64,000 nucleotides of DNA from Octopus vulgaris (lineage: Eukaryota): positions 96,782,001 to 96,846,000 of the forward strand of contig OX597819.1 in assembly GCA_951406725.2 (NCBI GenBank), given 5' to 3'. Shown here in pieces: positions 39,026 through 52,883 of this stretch. The number at the start of each line of letters is the position of its first letter. Within the stretch, counting starts at the first letter, position 1. The notes below the pieces were generated by a model. The model was not told where the DNA came from. It saw nothing but the letters and a program-made list of their open reading frames with translations, and made no database searches. The position numbers were made by a program, and so were the translations under genes.

Positions 39026-39814
39026 TCACTAACACATAATGTATACGTTCATATATGTGTGTGTGTGTGTGTGTATTTCGTATCATTCCTTTAAAACTAA
39101 TTAAATCTATTGTAAAATGTGTGACAGCCTTCTCCATTCTCTCAGCTTCTCCTCTCTCTCTCTCACACTCTCTCTCTCTTCTCTGGTTGTCATTTCCTCC
39201 CACACACAATATTCCCCTCTCTGCATTCATCTCTCCCACTTCCACTCTGTCTTTCCTATCTGTCTCCCCCTCGACTTTTTTTCTCACTGATATTTCTTAT
39301 TACAACAACCATTTTGTTTTGCACATGAGACAAGAGAGCAGTGAAGAATTATCTCTTGTAATTCTATAAATGTTTCTAGTCAGATTACAAGCTATTTATA
39401 TTCAACAATATTCTTTTCAGTCTTGCTTCAGGAAATCAAGGACCCGAAAAAATATTTTAAACGGCCGGGTGAGGGAGTACAAAATAAACAACGGTGTACT
39501 GAATTTGTGTCTCAGTGAAAACAATTTTGTGTTATATTCCCGAGTTATATGTTGGTCAAAGTGTTTAATCACTAGATACAGTCAAAGTTATATACAGTTT
39601 CAGCTTGTTTTTTGCAGTTCACCTGAATATTACAGCAGGCGTCGCTATGTGTATAAATATAAGTTCTGGGTTCTATTTCACAGGTCAGCTACCTTGGGTG
39701 TGGGTCTTCTAATATAATCTAGGAGTAAACAATGAGAGTGAATGTTTGACGGTGGCCTCTAATCTCTCTCTCTCTCACTCCCTCCCTCTCCCTCTATATG
39801 TTTGTGTGCGTGCA

Positions 39815-39894
<80 letters not shown>

Positions 39895-39974
39895 CCAAAA
39901 CACATTTTCTATCATGAGGGCAGCAACTAGAAATGTCGCTTTTTGCGTTCAAAAAAGTACTGGATTGTGTAAAT

Positions 39975-40330
39975 TATAGAGGCTTACTCTCCTCTTAGCT
40001 CAACAAAGCTTGCACTACTTGATATGGCTCAAATTGTCCCAGCAATTTCTAGTTGGTTTTGTGCTCCGTTTCCTCCTATTTTGATCGCCATATATAACTG
40101 GCTGATGTAACGTTGCACCTATCTCGAATCCTAAAATAGGATGTGTGATTATTTAACCTGACCTTAAAGGAGCCCTCCGTTACCCTAACATATTTCTGTG
40201 TGAGTGTCCCTTGTTGTTACTGTTGACAACACCACATATGTTTCGCAAATTACGACCTCAATGTTGCGTCGACAATTCACTGAGCATTAATTGCTCATCC
40301 TAAGTGAAACTGCTGGAAACTGCCTAGGCC
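39975..40330 (-). mobile_element. Degenerate GIY-YIG endonuclease of another PLE lineage (Nematis-like), not in ORF track
   Basis: KYVRVTEGSFKVRLNNHTSYFRIRDRCNVTSASYIWRSK*...KLLGQFEPYQ..CKLC, matching Y.G.TE..FK.R..NH..SF...YIW.LK...C.LC. Confidence 0.75.
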
Positions 40331-40721
40331 ATAGCTGAATGAAAGCAAATGATGCAAGCTTTGCTTAGCCGGGAGGAGAATAATTTTTTTTTATTTATTT
40401 ATACGATCCAGATGCCTTCCTAAACTCAAAGAGCTAAATTTTGAGTCGCTTCCCTGATGATAAGAAAACACATACACAAGCATAGCTGACTCTCTTCGGC
40501 TACAGCTGGAATCGTACAATGAGAAGCAAATGTTGCTTCCCTTCCAGAAATTTTTTGCGAGTCGTTTTTTTTTCAGCAACATGTTAACCGCGATTTCTAT
40601 ATTTACTCCCAGCTTTAAAGAGGTTTTATGCTTCCAACCAGCATGTCTGAAAAGTTATCAGTATTGCCAACTTCAATAGTAGACACGAAACCAATGGTAA
40701 CTTTCAGTGTGTGGGGTGAGA

Positions 40722-40950
40722 GGCGCGTAGCTTAGTGTGATGCATTCATTAGCGTAAGATTGTGATTTCGATTCCTGGACTGGGTGATGTGCAAAATAAT
40801 TCATTTCACTTTGTTTTCTGTCCACTCAGCTGGCAAAGTTGACTAATCATGCAGCGAACCGGCGTCCTGTCCAGGAGGGGGCGGTGAATATATATTCCAC
40901 AGAATCCGGGTAACTAGTTTTATGATCTTATGGCTCGGGTACGACCTTGA
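40722..40950 (+). mobile_element. Degenerate tRNA SINE with V-domain-like motif
   Basis: ggcgcgtagcttagtg...ttcgattcc...gtccactcagctg...ggcgtcctgtccagg. Confidence 0.6.
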
Positions 40951-41539
40951 TCCTTTTTTCGACACACTCACTCACACACACACACACGCACACATAAGCA
41001 TACGCACGTGCGCACACACGCTTGCACACACACACACGCACACGCACACATATATATATACACATACACATACATATATAATTGCATATATATATATATA
41101 TGTGTGAGTTATATGTGCTTGTGTGTTTGTGTGTGCAGTATTACTAGAGGTTCAAATGAATACTCAATATATGCGGTGGTTAGAGATGATATATGTATTA
41201 GCACTTAACCTTACGTATAAGCTCAGTTCATTTTTGCTGTTTAGCCAGAATGGCTTTATACTCTGTTTCACCAGAGGAGTATATGACATACATATATACC
41301 TAACCGTTTAATTTGCACCGGGCAACCCGGCGTGGTTAGCCCTTCACATGTATATATATATAATGTTTTGCCTATGGCAAACTGTCAAAGTCATTTATGT
41401 GACGCTCCCGTAATGAGTTGCGTATGTGTATGTAAGTTCGTATGCGTATGTTTATTTGTGCATTTGTAAATGTTAAGGTGTGTGTAGATTGTGTCGGGTG
41501 AAAATTTGAACTTGTGTTTGAAGATTTATGCCCAGTGTT

Positions 41540-41544
41540 GACTG

Positions 41545-41587
<43 letters not shown>

Positions 41588-41680
41588 GGCGTATTGTACA
41601 AGTGCATGATTTATGATGTTAATGCACGTGCATTTGTGTGTGTATCCGTATGCCCACATATATATATAGATATATATATG

Positions 41681-41746
<66 letters not shown>

Positions 41747-41845
41747 CATATATACATATATATACATATATACATATATATACATATATACGTATATACA
41801 TATATATATATACATATATATATATATACACATATATATACATAC

Positions 41846-41909
<64 letters not shown>

Positions 41910-42521
41910 AATAGGTAAAGTATAATGCTTGTATGCATGTGAGTAGGTATGTGTGTCGGTATGTGTAATGCAGAGCGCTATGTTGTGTTGATTGATAGGT
42001 ATATGTGTATGTTTATCTATATTTGCGGTGGATTGTGCATGTAAATGCAGTATTAGTGTTTGACGCCTCAAATTACAAAGAAGAGGAAGTATGTTAGTGC
42101 GTGTCTGTTTATGCACGTATGTATACTGTGTAGATAAGATGTATATATGTGTGTGTGTGTGTGCATATATATGTGTGTGTGTGTGTATGGGTATGTATTT
42201 ATGTATTTGTATAGTTAGTGTGTGTGCGTTTGATTTATGGTATTCATGTGCTTTTGCTTGTCTGTATGTGGGGGCGTTAAATCATGTTGATGTGTATATA
42301 CATGCACGTACATTCATTTATCTATGTATGGGGTAATATGCGCGCGTGTGTGTGTGTGTGTAACTGTATGCGCGTATTACTCTTTATCGCTAAAGTGAGA
42401 TAAAAGTAAATTTAGTGGTCAAGCCGAATATGTAACAGTGATAATCATCTCGAATTACAAGGCAGCGGTAGGGTGGTCTATGCAGTGTTTGTGTGTATGT
42501 GTGTGTGTATGTGAGTGTGTG

Positions 42522-42553
<32 letters not shown>

Positions 42554-42744
42554 GATGCTCGTACAATTGGTTGAGATGCGTATAATGGCGTACACCTCAA
42601 GTGGTTATCCGAGTGTGCGTACTTCTTAAGAGGATATTTCTGTTGTGCGCGCAAAGAATTGCAAGTGTTTGTTTGCGTGGGTGTATAATTTATAGTTTTT
42701 GTGTGGGTACATTTGTGTGTGTGTGTGTTTGTTTGTGTGTGTGT

Positions 42745-42804
<60 letters not shown>

Positions 42805-43200
42805 CGGTGTGTGTGATTTATTTTATTCATATTTGTGTGCGCGTTTGTGATATTTTATCGTTCTAATGTGCATATGTGTGTATACGAATGTGGATTTGCA
42901 TGTGCGATTTGTCCTATTTATGTATGTATGTGTGCTAGTTGTTAGTATCTGCGTATGTATTATATATGTTTGTGTGTATGTGTGTGTGTGTATGTGTGTG
43001 TACATAGTATGTAGGTACATATAATGGCGATGTTTCGCTTGCCCATATAATTCATGTTAATGTGTATGCAATTGTAAATATGTTGGTTTCTTTACGTGTA
43101 TGTGTGTTATATAGTGTTAAGGTATGTGTGCATGTGTATTTATTGATGTGTGAATGGCACTGTTGTCACATTAATGTATAAGTGTGTGTGTGTGTGCGCG
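41540..43200. repeat. Long (GT)/(AT)-rich low-complexity tract
   Basis: Direct reading. Confidence 0.9.
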
Positions 43201-43447
43201 TGTCTTAGTAAGGTCTTGCTGATTCATGCGACGCAAAAGCAGAATGGTTGCACCAAACTGCTGATGGTTGGAATTTGTTACTCTAGTGTATACTCGTTGA
43301 TGTGTGTGCAATGTGAGCACGTTAATATGTGCGTGTCTACACTATGTTGGCGTGTTTATTGGTCAAATAGCTTGTATATACGTGTGTACGTGGATTCATG
43401 CGCATTGCAGATAGCTGTATGTTGTCTGGTATATTTGTGACAGTGAT

Positions 43448-44053
43448 TGTTACACGTGCAGTAGATCTTGCAAGCATGAAGTGGATTCGATCAACCAAAG
43501 CCAAATTTAAATTAATACTGCAATAGAACTTTTCCCACGGTGGAACAATGGTTTTTCTCTGACAGCAGTTTTACATTTTCCAGATGCCTTTAGCTAGGTC
43601 GAAATAATATCTTCACCACATAGACCCTTTCTAACCTTTTCTACTTCACCAAAAGCTAGAATAGAGATAACAAGACCACCAACTAAATCTATTGTTCTCA
43701 ATGATATATCTATCCTTCTGGATAGTTATAAAAGCAAGAACACCCCAAGCAAAAATCAGTCGGTGACGTCTCAATGAGTCCAGTCACATGGTGACGTCTC
43801 AACTTCGTAATCACTTCGGTGACAACGAAGTCTGGCTGACCAGCTAGAACCTTGGTCAGAGGGAGAAATTAAGTTTACTGTCAGAAACTGTGAGACAACA
43901 CCCTACAACTCTCACTAGCTCTAATTCTGTTTTCTTACAACATCATTCTATCTCTCGGGGCAAGGTATTGTAATGTAACGGAAAATAAATATTTCCTTAA
44001 AACTTCATGCATTGTTCATCTTTCACATCCTACAGTATGCCGTTATAATAACA
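43448..44053 (+). mobile_element. Possible solo LTR
   Basis: TGTTA...TAACA termini, internal short direct repeats (ggtgacgtctcaa x2), AATAAA near the 3' end; no clear TSD. Confidence 0.4.
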
Positions 44054-44644
44054 AATTTTTATCGTTACAACTGCTGACTCTGACATTTCATAATATTGTT
44101 TACAAATCATATTTATCGTTGCACATGTATATGCGCGTGTCCGTGTTTTATGCTTTGGTAAGTAAAAATTATGTGCGGAAAATTGCGAATGTTTGTGTCG
44201 CTGTTTATGTGCGTAAGTTTGGTACGTATGTGTTTACTTATATGCGAGTGTATTTGCCTGATTTATCGGGTTAAGTTATATGTGTGCGTGGGGTTTGAGT
44301 GTACAGTTTTATTACTATATATGTGAGTTTATGCATGTGTATGCGTAGACAAAATCGTGTTTGTCTGTTTGATGACGGTTTATATAACGAAAGAAATGGT
44401 AAGAGCTTTTAGCGTGCCAACTTGTACTTTAGTGTGCGTGTGTGTGAATGCCTATGTGTGGGATAGTGTGTAATTAGTTTACACGTTCAAGTTGAGCTGG
44501 GTTTAGCTAAGTATCAGTTTTATGATGGTATTAAAGGTGTATTCCTGCCCAATGATTTTAAGTGAGATGTAGGGTCATTCATATTTATGTCTATTTTTGT
44601 GTTTTATCAGCGTAGTAATAACTGGATTTTGAGGTGTATCAGAT

Positions 44645-45290
44645 GAGTCATTAGGCTGGTTACCAAGTCGAAGGTATCCCAAGCAGTCGTACTACCTACA
44701 CTACCGTATGCATGCGGGACTGGGACAGTTTATGAACGCCACGCCAAACAACTAAACCTCTTCCACATGAACTGCCTGAGAAAGCTGTTGAAAATTATCT
44801 GGCAAGACAAGTTTCAGGCACGGAGGTCCTCTCTCAAGCTGATGTGCCAAGCATTTACACTCTGCTGAGGAGAACGTAGGTCAAGTGGGCAGGCGACCTT
44901 GTTAGAATGCCTGACTCAGGATTAGCCAAAGGACTGTTTTACGGTGAATCGGTAGGAGGCAAACGCACACAATATGGGCAGAAAAAGTGCTTCAAAGATA
45001 TACTCAAAGCCTCACTGAAGTACTTTCAGATCAACCCCGACATATTGGAAATATCGCACCGGAACGCCCTGTCTGGCGGAGCTGCACCAACAGAGGTGCC
45101 ACCACTTACGAACAGAATAGAATCGCAGGAGTATATAGAAAACGTGAGTTGTGCAAGTCCCGAGCCTAATTCTTGCCCTTATTCCCAGCAGACCACCAGT
45201 GCTCAACCTGCAGCAGAAACTTCTGAGTACGCCTTCTCCCATGTAATGTCCTGGTCATCGTCGATAACGACGGACAAATATTACATTATT
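44645..45290 (+). mobile_element. RTE (BovB-like) LINE 3' fragment
   Basis: AVVLPTL.YAC.T.TVYERHAKQLN.FHMNCLRKLLKI.WQDK; VRMPDS.L.K.LFYGE..GGKR...GQKK.FKD.LKASLK. Confidence 0.9.
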
Positions 45291-45742
45291 ACATATAAAT
45301 GTACGATGTACCTCCATTCATAAACACTACAATCGACTCGAGTCATACATATATAATCCTTTACGGCCAGTCACCTCCATAAAATGTCTTCGACGATTTG
45401 AAATAATAGGAATTGTGTGTGTGTGTGTGGGTGTGTGCACGCGCATGGGCAACGGCATTGTGCAACTGTTCGAAGAAAACGTGTATGCATACGTACATCG
45501 TATGCTACCCGCTTGCCTCTTTTAATGAAGCAAGTCATAATACCATTCTCAGTAAACCTGCTGAAGTAGACTTAACTCGTGTGTAGATTGCCAACTGATA
45601 AATGAATAAATATATTTACGAGGAAGAGTTCAAAGTTGTACATCGAAATGTACTGAATCCTACACTGCGTGTATGGTCTTAATACCCTGTATTATGGTAG
45701 CCCTATGATATGTGTGTATGCATATGTGTACATATATACATA

Positions 45743-46110
45743 TGCGCAGGAGTAACTGTGTGGTAAGTAGCTTGCTTACCAACCACATGGTTCCGGGTTC
45801 AGTCCCACTGCATGGCACCATGGGCAAATGTATCCTACTATGGCCCCGGGCCGACCAAAGCCTTGTGAGTGGACTTGGTAGATGGAAACTGAAAGAGGCC
45901 CGTCGTGTATATGTGTGTGTGTGTGTGTTTGCCCCCACCCCCACCCCACCATCGCTTGACAACCAATGTTTACGTCTCCGTAACTTAGCGGTTCAGCAAA
46001 AGAGACCGATAGAATAAGTACTTGGCTCGATATGTTCGACTAAAGGCGGTGCTCCAGCATGGCTGGAGTCAAATAACTGTAACAAATGAAAGAATAAAAG
46101 AATAAAAAGA
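45743..46110 (+). mobile_element. Family-B SINE
   Basis: Colinear with 31211-31637. Confidence 0.9.
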
Positions 46111-46606
46111 ATATATAAATATATATTCAAATATTAATTGGAAGTAGCTCGAGGATATAACCAAAATCGAACACTTCAAGCTGCTTCCAATTTGTTTCCG
46201 TGGCACGAAACGTTTGGACATGCCAGCAAATGTTGTTTAAACCATTTAGCCTATAGTCATAGTCGGCGATATGGTTTGCTGAGGGCATTGTTCGGTATGC
46301 GGCATTGGTAAGTCAAAACAATGATGAAACATCGATGTTTGTCGCTCCGAGAAGGGACCTATGTGAGTTGTCTCGCTTGACTATGACTTACTTTCAGGTG
46401 GTTTTTACACCAGGCATATAGAAAATACATTCTCTTATGCCTAAAAACCGCAGACGACCCACGAACTAACAACACACATACCTTGAGCATGTGTTCGATT
46501 TTGTTTATATATATAATTAAATAACGATAGAAATTGATACTAATCAATTAAAACCAGTGACCTAGCATATTTTTAAAAAATCCGAAGATTAAAAATTTTT
46601 TTACAT

Positions 46607-46790
46607 ACAAAATTTAGAGGACTGACCACTAAAAGTGGACAGCCTTTATGCTAGATATAGACGTCAAAATCGCCATTTTCCACGAATGGTGTGTTCTTGA
46701 GAACACATTATTCGTGGAAAATGGCGATTTTGACGTCTATGTCTAGCATAAAGGCTGTCCACTTTTAGTGGTCAGTCCTCTAAATTTTGT
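46607..46790. repeat. 184-bp near-perfect palindrome
   Basis: Centre gtgttct-tg-agaacac; about 3 mismatches between arms. Confidence 0.95.
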
Positions 46791-46791
46791 G

Positions 46792-46907
<116 letters not shown>

Positions 46908-47720
46908 TATAATATATATATATATATATATGGTAAAATCTGGCGTGTGATTGAGTGGATTTCATCCAGATAGTTTTGGCCGAAGAGCTACAAGTGGATT
47001 TTATTGTAAGTAAAATTACATTTAATTCATTAATAGCGAAACAATTGTCCCAAAATAATCTGTATTTTGTTATTTTTTATTTGCCCTGTCCGTGTGAGCT
47101 AACAATCGTACTGACTTTCATGGGAAACATGTATTTTTGTGGTTGAAACCTTTTGGATTAACTGGTGCTAGAGTGAGCCATATAGTGACCACTCTCTTAT
47201 ATTTATTTTGTAAAAATATTATAATATATTATAAAATATTATAATAATCCAGGTTTCTCGGAGCACTAGGCCACTTGGTGTAGAATAGATATACTATTAA
47301 ATTAGTATCTAATTCTCTCACCCTTATTAATTAATTATATATTAATATATATATATATAAATATTAATATATATATATATACATAACACGCTGGAGTTGA
47401 ACTAGGGAAGGCTGATGAAGGGGATTTTTCCTTGTGTAGTTGTCATGTACTCTGTTTTTTCGTTGTTAAAGGAATGGTCCGTTCCATGCTGTTTTTACGT
47501 TTTCGTTTCTCGTTGAGTTCTACGTGTATTTGTGGTGTCCTGTACACACGTATATATATTTATATATACATGTATATATACATGTAGATGTAGGTACGTA
47601 CATATATGTTTGTATGTATGCATATATTTTATTTATTACACTATTGTATGACTGAGCGCCTTCGCGTCGATTCGATTCGATTCGTCTGGTTTGGTTTCGT
47701 TTCTTCTTCTTCTCTAAGCT

Positions 47721-47773
<53 letters not shown>

Positions 47774-48179
47774 ATATGCAAGCACATATACACACGAAAA
47801 CATATGTTATTCATTCATATATGTATCTGTGTGTGTGTGTATGTGTGTACAAAGAAAACAACTCGGAAAATCAGCGACACATAATCTAACTGTGACCGCG
47901 AGATTTTTGAAAGACTACAGAAATATAACCAGAGACACGTTCGTTCTGAATGAGAATTAAAAAGTAAATCAAGTGCTATAGTATATTTGTATTTACATAT
48001 ATAGTTGCATTACGAGTATATTAATCTGACTTTTAGCTACATGATATATACATATGTAATTCGATTTTTAAGAGTTTCTATACAATTCAGAACCAACACT
48101 GCGAGTTATGCTGTTTTGTAAACAAATGCATCTACGTAAACAACAGGATCGAAGATAGGAAAAAAAAAAAGGAATAGGT

Positions 48180-48220
48180 GTAAATGCATATTTCAAAGTT
48201 TATTGCCCTTTCATCAGCAC
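48180..48220 (-). ncRNA. Minimal hammerhead motif, canonical core
   Basis: GTG-CTGATGA-AAGG gcaataaa CTTT-GAAA-TATGCA-TT-TAC. Confidence 0.6.
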
Positions 48221-48425
48221 TGCATCTAACCTATCAGCTATCTTCGAACACATTGCTTAAATATTCACTAAGTTTTGTGGTGTGACATAATTGGATAGAC
48301 CAATTTTCATAATAAACACTTTCGTGGTAACTGGTACGTATAAATTAATTGCTGGCAAAGCCATGGTTTCAGGTTTTGCAACCATAATACGGTACCTAGA
48401 ATATTGCAGGTTTAGTCAGCAATCA

Positions 48426-48497
<72 letters not shown>

Positions 48498-48819
48498 ATA
48501 TGTAGGCACGCATGAATATATGTATGTATATATATGTGTGTGTGTGTGTGTTTGCATGTGTATGTCTGTGTGTGTATATGTATGTGTGTATATATATGTG
48601 TGTATGTCTATGTGTGCGTATATATATATATATATAGCGTTATGTGTCGGTTTTATATTTGTGTGTGTACTTGCGAATGTTTTTACAAATACATATTTTC
48701 ATGGACATGTGTACACACCGCACAATCATAGAGACACACTCACAATACATAGATTCATGTCGTCCGTATACAGACACACGCACACATATAACATGATACT
48801 TCTAGCATAAGCGGGAGAG

Positions 48820-49379
48820 CAGAACAGAGAAGGCTTTTTCAAGATTGTCTTCAGTGAAGCTAATATCTGCTTGACTCTATAATAATGTTGTGTTTTGCAA
48901 TTTTCCTATTTATTTATGGCGTTCTTCAATGTTCTTGAAATATTCCATGATGACTATTATTTTCCAGTTTTTACGTCTATTTATTCAGATGCAATTTGTC
49001 ATTATTATAACAAACACATAAGTGGAATGGATTGTGAATAAATGGTTGCTCCATAAAAAGCAACCCGGTAAATATTATTTTAACATTATCTAGAATGTTT
49101 GTCATTCTGTTTTTTCAGTAAAGACAGTATTGTGATTCCGTTAATTTGTGTATGAAAGATCACACATTTGATATTTTCAGCACTGTGAAGTACCACTTTA
49201 ACGCCGGTAAGTGAAGTGTTTGGCCACAATAAGAAAGAACACGAGGTCGAGTTACCCGTGTTTTGAAGATGCAGTATTGTTAATATAGTAATTTAAAGAT
49301 TAACTGTTTTTATAATACAGTGATTCCTCGCTACTTCGCGGTTCAACTATCGTGGATTCACGACTATCGCGGATTCACG

Positions 49380-49454
<75 letters not shown>

Positions 49455-49686
49455 CACCTAAAATTTTTCATCAAATCCATTAAAATATCAATAATAAATA
49501 TCCTTTCCTAGTCTAGGAACAACAAAACGAGCGTAAAATAGCAAAAAAGCATATACAGGGGTATTTGAACTTAAAACGGGCTGTGATTGGTGCAATGGAG
49601 AGAGACGACGAATCACAGTTTTCTATTTTGTAATCTGGCCTGTGATTGGTGCTTTGACAGATGCTTAGATCCGCAGCATCTTCCCT

Positions 49687-49760
<74 letters not shown>

Positions 49761-50370
49761 CCATTTCGCTTCAAGCTTTCTCGCCGAGTGGTTTACTGTA
49801 CTACTTTACGCTGTGCTGTGTGTGATTTTTCTTTGTTTTTTTGCGTTGAACTTTGCATTTTCATCCCCTGCAATGGCTCCCAAGTGTGCTGCTTCTTCAA
49901 AGGCTTGTACTGAGCCTAAACGCAAACGAAGAATGTTTTTGCAGCCCCGCAAAAAGAGCCAGTTCCTGCTGCTACTACTACAGTAGTAGTCAGCTTCATC
50001 ATCATCATTTCTACTGCGCAGCAAATTCATCACCATCATCATTCAAATTTTACTTCAACTTCTTTCGTGTTGAGTACAGTAACAATCTTTATTTTCTTAA
50101 ATCTAAAGTGTTATTGCTTAACAGTTGTCCTTGTTATTAATAGACTACTGTAATGGGTGGGTTGTTAACAGTACAGGGAGGGTTTTTAAAGTCCAAATAC
50201 TCGTTAAATAAATACTGTAAGTATGGTGTCCCTACTTCGCGCAAATTCAGTTATCGCGGCCGGTCTCGGAACCAATCTACCGCGATAAACGAGGAATCAC
50301 TGTATAACATGCAATATGTGGCTGGAACCCTTAAACATTCAATGTTAGGGCCAGCAAAGAAAAAAATTGA
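48820..50370 (-). pseudogene. CUB-domain pseudo-exon interrupted by the Tigger-like MITE
   Basis: LRVPATYC on one side of the MITE, and RPRVLSYCGQTLHLP / HSAENIKCVIFHT on the other. Confidence 0.55.
49318..50302 (+). mobile_element. Internally deleted Tigger/pogo-like DNA transposon
   Basis: TIRs CAGTGATTCCTCG, TA TSD; transposase start MAPKCAASSKACTEPKRKRRM (ATG 49873) fused to C-terminal MFLQPRKK. Confidence 0.92.
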
Positions 50371-50714
50371 AAGTTGTGTATTAGTATATATGTGAATACG
50401 TGATTGTCCGTATGTTTTTTCATGTGTATATTTGCCTGTGTGTATCGTAGACATACACTTGTGCGTATATGGCCACGTGTTTGCTCATGTATGTATTAAC
50501 CAGTATGCTTCACCGTGTATTTTATACGCCTCATTAGCTTTCTATGCGTTTGTAAATTTTTCTGTATGACTGCTTAAGAATTTCCTTGTCTATCTACATG
50601 TGTTTGTGTGTAGTCACTGTAAATTCTAACGTTAACTATCTGCCTGACACAAGAGTCAGCAACTAGAGAGAATGCAGTATAAAATTTACCAAAGAGGAAC
50701 AAAACAAACACAAA

Positions 50715-50757
50715 CAGCAGCAGCAACAGCAGCAACAGCAGCAACAGCAGCAACAGT

Positions 50758-50791
<34 letters not shown>
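50715..50791. repeat. (CAG/CAA)n triplet repeat
   Basis: Direct reading. Confidence 0.93.
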
Positions 50792-52019
50792 GAAACCAGA
50801 AATAAACACGAGTGACTCTTGTGAAGCATTTCAATTATAGCAAATAAATTCGATAATTTTAATGGACCGTTTCTTTTAAATTTTAGGAGTGGTAGTTAGC
50901 AATCATGGAATTATGCTTCCATAACATTCCTTCAGAACATTCCCTGTTTACGAAGATTGACAGATAGTAATTCTGGTAACCATAATCAGAGATGTTTGGA
51001 ACGGTCTAATGAAGAAGTTGGCAAAATATTGAGAGTCTCCAAGAAAATTTGTCTGCCCGTTATTGCAAAGATCAGAATTACAATCGCCAATCCTAAATTA
51101 TCGAAACTGAAGTTCTGTATTTAGATACTTAAATTGCTAAGCCAATCTTCTTCTTACCATTCCATTAACTGTTTGTCTATTATTATATTCTCGCAGCAAT
51201 AGAAAGTTTATTCAAGTTTAAGTTCGATTCAAGTTTTAGTTCCACCGCTTAAATTGACACAACTGGCATGAAATTATAAAAGAAAATATAAATAAACCGA
51301 AATTATAAAAGAAATTATAAAAGAAAATATAAATAAATAAAATTGAATTTCTTGTGTGAAATATAATCTGATTAAAATCGAAAACTTAAATATGAAAGCA
51401 ATCATTACATTCAAGTTTTAGATTTTATCTCACAGTTTTGAGTTAGGAAAATATTTATTATATAAATTGGAGATTTCAAACTAAAACACAAAATAAAAAA
51501 CAAAAAGAAAAATCGAGATTCGTATATCATATTTTGCTCTGCTACTTTTTGTCAGTCGTTTTGGTATTAATTCGGTCAATCATTAATTTAACCATTTTGA
51601 TCAATCCTTTGGTCAATAATTTTTGTCAGTCAATTTATTCTGTTATACGCCCAGCCATTTGCTCAATCAGTCAGGTTCAATCAGTCATTTGATTAGTTAT
51701 TGGATTACCCATCTCATTGGGTAATCATTTGATCGTTCACATAATCAAACATTTGATGCGGCGTCTCCTGAGCACATATTTGGTCAAACACTTATTTCAA
51801 TTTTCCTCTGTTAATGTCAACTATCATAGATAAAGCCTATATGTGTAACAGAGTAATTAAACTACTAACTATTATTATAAAGCTTATCAGCTACACTGAT
51901 TAACACAGCATAATTAGTGTGAGAGTTTCATTGATTAAATGGCCTACTAGAATTTATCTGTTGTCTGTTACCACGTCTCATTCAAATTGTATTCAAGTTA
52001 ATAACAGTTTTTTTTTTCT

Positions 52020-52350
52020 TCTAATTCATTTTTATTTTTAAAAATCTGATAGAACCCACAATAGTGATGGTGTATAGGGACAATTTACGATCGTTTATAT
52101 TACTGTATTGAAATCGAACCATGCATGTTAAGTGAAGACATCGAGGACTCACCGCAGTATATGTATACATTGTTGACTAGCAACGTGAAGCCACAGTTTT
52201 CTGTTTTACACAAACCTTGATGACCCACATGCAAATGAAGACCTCAGTCGACATTGACTAATTAATGGTTTATATTAAATTACGAAATATTTTATCCAGA
52301 TAAGTTTCTCTTTTTGTCTCTCCATCACAGTAGCATGAGTTGGATAAAAT
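52020..52350 (-). pseudogene. CUB-domain pseudo-exon
   Basis: FICMWVIKVC (C.W.I.V motif, TGC at 52233-52231) followed by HYCG (YCG codons at 52063-52055). Confidence 0.6.
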
Positions 52351-52649
52351 CGATAATCACTACTTTCTTTCGCGATCTCAGCAAAATTAATCAGTGTATC
52401 ATATTAATATCTGAACGGTGGGTGGTAGAAATAGCAATTGATTAAATCCCGTGGGTATTTAGTTACGTCCCTTTATTTTTCAAGTTGATATCCCTGAATT
52501 AACTCAGCACAACTCCCCTGGGTTAAAAAATAAACTAGGTCTAATTGTTATAGTTTTTAATCTTCATTACTGTCTGGTTGAGCAAACTTATGGTATTTGG
52601 CCAAATGGCGAAAAGTGATCCATGTTATCTAGTGCGCCAGGGATATCTT

Positions 52650-52883
52650 TTTTATTTCTTTACTGTCCACAAGGGGCTACACACAGAGGGGACAAACAAG
52701 TACCGACAAACGGATTAAGTTGATTATATTAACCCCAGTGCGTAACTGGTACTTATTTAATCGACCCCGAAAGGATGAAAGGCAAAGTCGACTTCGGCAG
52801 AATTTGAACTCAGAGCGTAGCGGCAGACGAAATACTACTAACCATTTCGCCCGGGTGCTAACGATTCTGCCAGCTCGCCGCCT
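52650..52883 (-). mobile_element. Family-A SINE (second tail subtype)
   Basis: Core motif plus cacaaggggctacacacagaggggacaaac tail. Confidence 0.9.

Noticed and set aside
39370-39717. 115-aa plus-strand ORF
   Set aside because: No recognisable motif; the opposite strand has weak CUB-like signal
47405-47440. CTGATGAAGGGG as a hammerhead
   Set aside because: No GAAA or stem III follows
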